From IMG/VR virus record IMGVR_UViG_3300027759_000067, positions 25,708-89,707 of that record: a DNA stretch of 64,000 bases. One strand, given 5' to 3'. Below, piece after piece: positions 58,302 to 64,000 of the stretch (the first letter of the stretch is position 1; the number at the start of each line of letters is the position of its first letter). The position numbers and the translations under genes are program-made. This DNA is from a virus. The notes beneath the pieces were generated by a model. That model saw nothing but the letters and a program-made list of their open reading frames with translations, had not been told where the DNA came from and did not search any database.

Positions 58302-59587
58302 AAGCAGCAATAGCAGCATTGGTTGGTGAGTTAGATAAATCACAATACTTCACACTTGAACAACTACATAACATACAGGAATCACAACTGGCCAACATAG
58401 TCAAGTATCACGCTCAACGTAGCAGTCATTTTGCCGCAAGATTAGCAGCACAGGGATTGAATCCTAAAGACATACTTACTTTAACCAACCTAAAGAAACT
58501 AACGCCCTTTGCCAAGAAAAATATACAGCAAGCAGGCGATGACTTTAACGTTAAGAATGTACCACCTGCACATCTACCAATTGGTAAGTCAGAAACCAGC
58601 GGTAGCACTGGCGAACCCGTAACAATAAACAAATCAAAGTTATGTGACCTGTTTTGGAATGCCCATACTCTACGAGATCATCAATGGTACAAAAGAGATT
58701 ATACAGGCAAACTAACCAGCATACGTGCCACTAATAGAAAGTACTTAGAAGCAGACAACTGGGGAGGACCTGTGCATATGCTATATGGTACCGGCCTGGG
58801 ACAGGGTATTCCTGTGTCTATGGATATTCAACAACAAATGAAACATCTTGCTGAGTTCCAACCTAACATTATAATAGTACATGCCGGTGTGTTAGCGGGC
58901 ATGATCACAGAGTGGGAACGTACTGGATATACACTTACAGAACTTGTACATCTTAAGAACATAGGTGATACATTACACGACGATACAAGACAGCGATTTA
59001 AAACACTAACAGGATTAACCATAGAGGACAACTACAGCAGCAGCGAAGTAGGCTGTATTGCTATACAATGTCCAGAAGGTGGTATGTTCCACATAATGGC
59101 AGAGAATCTCATAGTAGAAGTTATCAACGAGGATGGTACAGGTTGTCAGCCCGGCCAAGTAGGGCGTGTAGTTGTCACTGACTTGTTCAATGCCGCTGCC
59201 CCCGTCATACGCTACGACATTGGAGACTATGCTGAAGTAGGCACACCCTGTACATGTGGCAGACATTTACCCACATTGAAACGTGTATTAGGACGTGAGC
59301 GTGGTTTGTTCCAACGTGCAGATGGTAGTAAGTTTTGGCCCACAGCAGGACAATATGCTGCGGCTAAAGTTGTTCAAGTACGACAATGGCAAATCGTACA
59401 GCATAGTTTAGATGACATAGAGTACAAGTTAGTCACAGATCTGCCACTTACCCAAGAACAACACGATCAACTATTAATTATCTTTCGAGAAAGATTAGGA
59501 TTTGAGTGTGTTAGGATTACAGAGTATAGAGATCAAATACCTTTAAGGAATGGAAAATATGAGGAAACCGTATGTTTAATCGAATAA
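58298..59587 (+). CDS. Phenylacetate-CoA ligase (PaaK)/CapK-like adenylating enzyme
   Basis: TSGSTGEP, YSSSEVG, IRYDIGD, C.CGR..P.L..V.GR. Confidence 0.85.
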   Translation: MKAAIAALVGELDKSQYFTLEQLHNIQESQLANIVKYHAQRSSHFAARLAAQGLNPKDILTLTNLKKLTPFAKKNIQQAGDDFNVKNVPPAHLPIGKSETSGSTGEPVTINKSKLCDLFWNAHTLRDHQWYKRDYTGKLTSIRATNRKYLEADNWGGPVHMLYGTGLGQGIPVSMDIQQQMKHLAEFQPNIIIVHAGVLAGMITEWERTGYTLTELVHLKNIGDTLHDDTRQRFKTLTGLTIEDNYSSSEVGCIAIQCPEGGMFHIMAENLIVEVINEDGTGCQPGQVGRVVVTDLFNAAAPVIRYDIGDYAEVGTPCTCGRHLPTLKRVLGRERGLFQRADGSKFWPTAGQYAAAKVVQVRQWQIVQHSLDDIEYKLVTDLPLTQEQHDQLLIIFRERLGFECVRITEYRDQIPLRNGKYEETVCLIE

Positions 59588-60495
59588 TAGCCATACTATT
59601 ATTAGCCGTTAGTTTATCAGCACAAGCACAACAGAAGCCTATTAGAATGGTCATAGCCTATGGAGCAGGTGGGCTCACTGATATTATCAGTCGTAAGTTT
59701 GAAGAGCCCTTAGAAAAAGAATTAGGACGTAAAATAATTATAGATCCCCGCGTGGGTGCCGGTGGTTATATAGGATTTAAGAATGTAGCAAATACTCGAT
59801 CGGATGAAGTGGTTATTGCCATAACAGACTCTATGGCATTATCTAATATATCATTATTATACGATGATTTAGATATCAACGATTTTAAGTATATTGTACA
59901 AATTGGATACACACAAGGATTGGTATTAGCAGTTCGTAAGGGCAGTCCATTAAAAAACATAGACACTTGGCGTAATCATCGAGGACTGCCCATAAATGTA
60001 GGTGTTAATGGCATGGGTGCTGCCCATCATTACTATAGTTGGTTGGTTAGTAATCAACTGGGTTTTCCAAGGACTGACATTTACTACAAGGGTTCTGGAG
60101 AAATGGTCACTCAGATCATAGGTGGGCATGTTGATGCTATATGGGTTAATCTTGCCAGTATAATTCAATTTGAAAATAGAGTTGATATAGTGGCAATAAC
60201 AGCACCTAAAAGAAATGAGTTAATACCAAATGTACCTACGTTTAAGGAACTTGGTATAGATTTGCCCCCTAAGCCTCTTTTTATGGTAATTGCAAATAAC
60301 ACCACAGACACCGCTACATTAAGAGAAGTTGAACGTGCTGTGACAAAATTGCTGAATAATCCAGAATTTGTAAAATCATTAAGTCTTGAGTTACAAATAG
60401 AGCCAGGAACCGGTGCAGATGCCCGTAATGACACTGAAAAATTATTCAAAGCACAGGCTAAGTTTATAGAATACGTCAAGACATTAAAGAAGTGA
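59572..60495 (+). CDS. Bug/TctC tripartite tricarboxylate transporter substrate-binding protein
   Basis: Signal peptide, PIRMVI.YGAGG.TD...R, GAGG.IG, YKG......IGGHVD, PNVPTFKELG. Confidence 0.88.
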   Translation: MFNRIIAILLLAVSLSAQAQQKPIRMVIAYGAGGLTDIISRKFEEPLEKELGRKIIIDPRVGAGGYIGFKNVANTRSDEVVIAITDSMALSNISLLYDDLDINDFKYIVQIGYTQGLVLAVRKGSPLKNIDTWRNHRGLPINVGVNGMGAAHHYYSWLVSNQLGFPRTDIYYKGSGEMVTQIIGGHVDAIWVNLASIIQFENRVDIVAITAPKRNELIPNVPTFKELGIDLPPKPLFMVIANNTTDTATLREVERAVTKLLNNPEFVKSLSLELQIEPGTGADARNDTEKLFKAQAKFIEYVKTLKK

Positions 60496-60526
60496 GTGTG
60501 CTAAATACACACAGAGGATTCAAATA

Positions 60527-61630
60527 ATGGCGGCCAACGGCATATCAACACTATCTACAAAACAATTACGTCAAGTTGCTAAACTAGATCTGGCTCAATT
60601 AAAGCGTAAAGGCTATACACTATACGCAGATGGTACTACGAATTTTGGCAGCGCACAGTTTAGCGGTAGTAATTACCTGTCAGTAACTAATGCGGCATTT
60701 ACCTTTACTGGCAACTTTACAGTTGAAGGTTGGTATTATCCTACAAATGTAACAGGTTCTCACAGTTTATTTTGTTTAGGGCCAGATCCGGCTAATAGAT
60801 ATGTTTTTGCTTTGTCAGGAACATCGGTAAGCAGTAACCTATACGGCTTTGGCTTAACAACCTATACCAGTACTGTGCCTATCAATACTTGGACTCACAT
60901 TGCTGTAGTACGCAGTGGAAGCACAGTTAAGGTATATATTAACGGTATTGCCAGTGTAACAACAGATACTCAAGCAGGTACAATAGGCAACGGTACATTA
61001 AACATTGGTGCAGATGCCGCCAATGGTGCTCTATTTTTAGGCAACATATCAAACTTCAGAGTAGTAAAAGGCACAGCATTATACACAGCAACATTTACAC
61101 CATCGCTAAGTCCATTTAAGGCCATTGATGGAACACAGCTATTATTAAACACCGACAACGGTGCTAACTTTTTAAAAGATAGTTCAACAAATAACTTTAC
61201 AGTTACTAATTATGGTTCAGTTGTTACATCGAACACTGGGCCAGGCCCGGACACAGTTGCTAACTTTTATCGTGTTCGTAATGTTTACGATATAGATTTA
61301 CTGGCAGACAAATATACCAGCAATACTACCACTGTAATGACCACAAGCACATTAGTCGAAGGACGTCCTTGGGCTACGGTATATACAAGTTTAACTTTTA
61401 CCTACGGCGAGGCTACAATTAGTTTTAGTCTATCCGGCAGTACTTTTAGTAATGTTACTTGCCCTTACGGCGCAGGCGGATATTCAGCTAGTAGTGGTCA
61501 ACTAACTATGCTTGGTACAAAACTCATTGGAGGAACTACTCCTGCTAATGATATAATATGGAACTATGTGTGTGCGGCCAACGATGGTGTTATAACAGGA
61601 TTTACCTACAGTTCAGGTACTCCTCCTTAA
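60527..61630 (+). CDS. Virion protein with LamG/concanavalin-like domain
   Basis: FTVEGW, WTHIAVVRSG...YING, GNISNFRVVKG. Confidence 0.75.
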   Translation: MAANGISTLSTKQLRQVAKLDLAQLKRKGYTLYADGTTNFGSAQFSGSNYLSVTNAAFTFTGNFTVEGWYYPTNVTGSHSLFCLGPDPANRYVFALSGTSVSSNLYGFGLTTYTSTVPINTWTHIAVVRSGSTVKVYINGIASVTTDTQAGTIGNGTLNIGADAANGALFLGNISNFRVVKGTALYTATFTPSLSPFKAIDGTQLLLNTDNGANFLKDSSTNNFTVTNYGSVVTSNTGPGPDTVANFYRVRNVYDIDLLADKYTSNTTTVMTTSTLVEGRPWATVYTSLTFTYGEATISFSLSGSTFSNVTCPYGAGGYSASSGQLTMLGTKLIGGTTPANDIIWNYVCAANDGVITGFTYSSGTPP

Positions 61631-61696
61631 GATATAGGCGTTCACAATTTTAACAACACATTACCCTTTGGGCATTAAAACAGACTAAATAACACT

Positions 61697-61942
61697 ATGA
61701 GAGCAAGAGAATTTACAATCAATATTCCAATTTCGATCAAGATTAACGGTGACGGCGAACCCGAAATTGATATGGGTCAAGATGCTCCTATAGATCCAAG
61801 TGAGCCAAAACAAGATCCTGTTATGGTTCCTCCACTACAACAGCAAATAGAGCTGCAAAAGGCTGACGTTGGTAAAATCAGTCCTATTATTAAAGATCTT
61901 ACACAGGACGAAGTAGATCCAGAAACCAAACAACTGCCTTAA
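61697..61942 (+). CDS. Small late protein
   Basis: TAAATA 5 nt before ATG; MRAREF...MVPPLQQQIEL.K. Confidence 0.65.
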   Translation: MRAREFTINIPISIKINGDGEPEIDMGQDAPIDPSEPKQDPVMVPPLQQQIELQKADVGKISPIIKDLTQDEVDPETKQLP

Positions 61943-61967
61943 TGGTGTCTAAGGGAGCAAGACCCAG

Positions 61968-64000
61968 ATGACCATTAGAAAAATAGAAGCAGGTAGGGTA
62001 ATAACCAAAGATATTGACACCTTCATTGGTTATGAAGGTACGATCTTCTATGACGAACAAACTGGTGAATTTAGATTATCTGACGGTATAACTGAAGGTG
62101 GAATACCCTTAGGAGCTGGTGGCGCCGGTTATGTTTTAACAACAGCAACATCAATTAGACTTGGTGGAGTTAGAATTGGTGCAGGTATTAGTGTAAGTCC
62201 TAATGGAACTATTTCTGTTAATACAGGTACTCCTTATGTTTTAACCATAGCTACCACAAGTACACTTGGTGGAGTTAAAATTGGTGCTGGTATTGATGTA
62301 AGCCCAACGGGTGTAATATCTGTTAATACTGGTACCCCTTATCTTCTAACAACTGCAACCACTAACACACTTGGCGGAGTTAAAATTGGTGCAGGCATTG
62401 ATATAAGTGCAGATGGCACTATATCTGTTAATACTGGTACTGCATATTCATTGCCTGTTGCAACTACTACAACATTGGGTGGTATAATAGCAGGTTTAGA
62501 ATTATCTATAGATAACACCGGTACACTTAATGTTGATCTATCTGCAATCAAGCAATCAATAATACCAAATATTGATCTTAATTATGATTTAGGCACATTA
62601 GAAAATAGATTTAGAAATATATATGTACAAGATATATTCTCCAGTGGTACTATCTATACTAACTCTATAGTAATAAATTCAACAAGTACTATTGGTGGTG
62701 CTGAAATTATTACTACTGCTACTATTTCTCAGTATGCATCTACTTCTACAACAAATGTTCTCATAGCAACTACCAGTACTGCACCTAATGCAGTAAATGG
62801 TCAACTTTGGTTTAATTCCGAGGACGGCCGTGCTTATATAAAATACGATAATGCGTGGGTTGATTTAAGCCCGAGTATAGTACCACCAGTTAGCACATAC
62901 CTGGGTGAATTAACTATAGATGGTACTACAATTAGTACTATAGACAGCACCTTAACAAATATCTATATAGATAGCATTTTAGATGTTAGTGGAGCAATCT
63001 ATACAAATAACTATTTGGTTAGTACTCTTACTAATATTAGTAGTGGTGTTGGCATCAGTGTATCACGTACAAATAGCGGAACTGTAACTGTTAGCAACAC
63101 AGGTGTATTAAGGATAGTAGCAGGTGTAGATACATCTATATCTACTGCCACAGGCGTTGTAATAATAAACAACACAGGTACATTGCAAACAATTACCAAT
63201 CGTGGATCCACAACAACTAATGCTATTAACATTACTTCAACTGCGGCAAGTACAAATACAATCACAGGTGCATTAATAATCGCAGGTGGTGTTGGCATAG
63301 GTGGCGATATATTCATTGATGGTGATATTAGAGATGTTAATGGATCACTAATACATATAGCAACTACCAGCACAGCTCCTACAAGAGTAGATGGACAGTT
63401 ATGGTTTAACTCTGAAGACGGACGTGCTTATATCAAATACAATAATAATTGGATTGATTTTAGTCCAAGTATAGTACCACCAACAAGTACATACCTTGAT
63501 GGATTAGTAGTTGAAGGCACCACTATTCGTACAATAGACACCACAGCTACTACTGTTTATATTGATAAAGATTTAGATGTAGCCGGTGCATTGTTTGTTA
63601 ATACCACAAGTTTTGTAGCAGGTGCAGAAATAATAACTACGGCTACAATTGCTGAATTTGCTTATCTTGGACCACAAGGCATTCAGGGCATACAAGGTAT
63701 TGTTGGTTATACTGGTAGCCAAGGCATTCAGGGTGTACAGGGCATACAAGGTATACAAGGTATTGTTGGTTATACTGGTAGCCAAGGTATACAAGGAACA
63801 ATAGGTCAACCAGGACAAAGCGTAAGAATTACTGGCAGTACATCATCCTATGCTACTTTAGAAACTCCATATACAGGTCTTCAATGGGACGGGTATATTA
63901 CTTTAGATAATGGACATTTAAATGTATGGGATGGTGCAATATGGCTTGATGTTGGTAATATTACAGGTCCACAAGGTACTCAAGGAATTCAAGGTATACA
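61968..64000 (+). CDS. Tail fibre with four 35-aa repeats and collagen-like G-X-Y repeats (3'-truncated; absent from ORF track)
   Basis: GGGAG RBS; Y.L..AT...LGGVKIGAGI repeats 62130-62540; GPQGIQGIQG from 63669; frame open to window end. Confidence 0.85.
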   Translation, partial: MTIRKIEAGRVITKDIDTFIGYEGTIFYDEQTGEFRLSDGITEGGIPLGAGGAGYVLTTATSIRLGGVRIGAGISVSPNGTISVNTGTPYVLTIATTSTLGGVKIGAGIDVSPTGVISVNTGTPYLLTTATTNTLGGVKIGAGIDISADGTISVNTGTAYSLPVATTTTLGGIIAGLELSIDNTGTLNVDLSAIKQSIIPNIDLNYDLGTLENRFRNIYVQDIFSSGTIYTNSIVINSTSTIGGAEIITTATISQYASTSTTNVLIATTSTAPNAVNGQLWFNSEDGRAYIKYDNAWVDLSPSIVPPVSTYLGELTIDGTTISTIDSTLTNIYIDSILDVSGAIYTNNYLVSTLTNISSGVGISVSRTNSGTVTVSNTGVLRIVAGVDTSISTATGVVIINNTGTLQTITNRGSTTTNAINITSTAASTNTITGALIIAGGVGIGGDIFIDGDIRDVNGSLIHIATTSTAPTRVDGQLWFNSEDGRAYIKYNNNWIDFSPSIVPPTSTYLDGLVVEGTTIRTIDTTATTVYIDKDLDVAGALFVNTTSFVAGAEIITTATIAEFAYLGPQGIQGIQGIVGYTGSQGIQGVQGIQGIQGIVGYTGSQGIQGTIGQPGQSVRITGSTSSYATLETPYTGLQWDGYITLDNGHLNVWDGAIWLDVGNITGPQGTQGIQGI

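Noticed and set aside
1-64000. Stop-codon reassignment or tRNA genes
   Set aside because: Core genes are intact in the standard code and use TAA, TGA and TAG as stops; no tRNA cloverleaf was recognised by eye.

Overview
A 64 kb segment of a large lytic tailed-phage genome with a T4-like gene set. The Bug/TctC and YqgE/AlgH genes point to a proteobacterial host, probably Burkholderiales. Layout: (i) 1-18 kb holds the terminase C-terminus, a large head-associated protein and a replication/recombination module (gp32 SSB, UvsX, UvsY, UvsW, clamp-loader subunit, dCMP deaminase, mini-DnaE, primase, gp41 helicase). (ii) About 21.6-33.4 kb is a GC-richer minus-strand early region built from 22 near-consensus sigma70 promoter(+RBS) cassettes, each driving 1-3 small ORFs, with several structured-RNA candidates. 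(iii) About 1 kb of non-coding DNA with iterons follows. (iv) 34-64 kb holds virion and tail-fibre genes interleaved with glycosyl- and methyltransferases, DNA ligase, IF-1, an HNH nuclease, a papain-like protease and a MTase/PaaK-like/Bug operon. The most striking signal is an 876-bp stretch inside the early array (23793-24668). There the plus (template) strand has no GA or GG dinucleotide across about 148 consecutive Gs, so the mRNA strand has no TC or CC, and the four encoded proteins contain no proline. This points to an undescribed strand- and sequence-specific modification, cleavage or deamination system. All annotation is by eye from motifs; no database searches were run.
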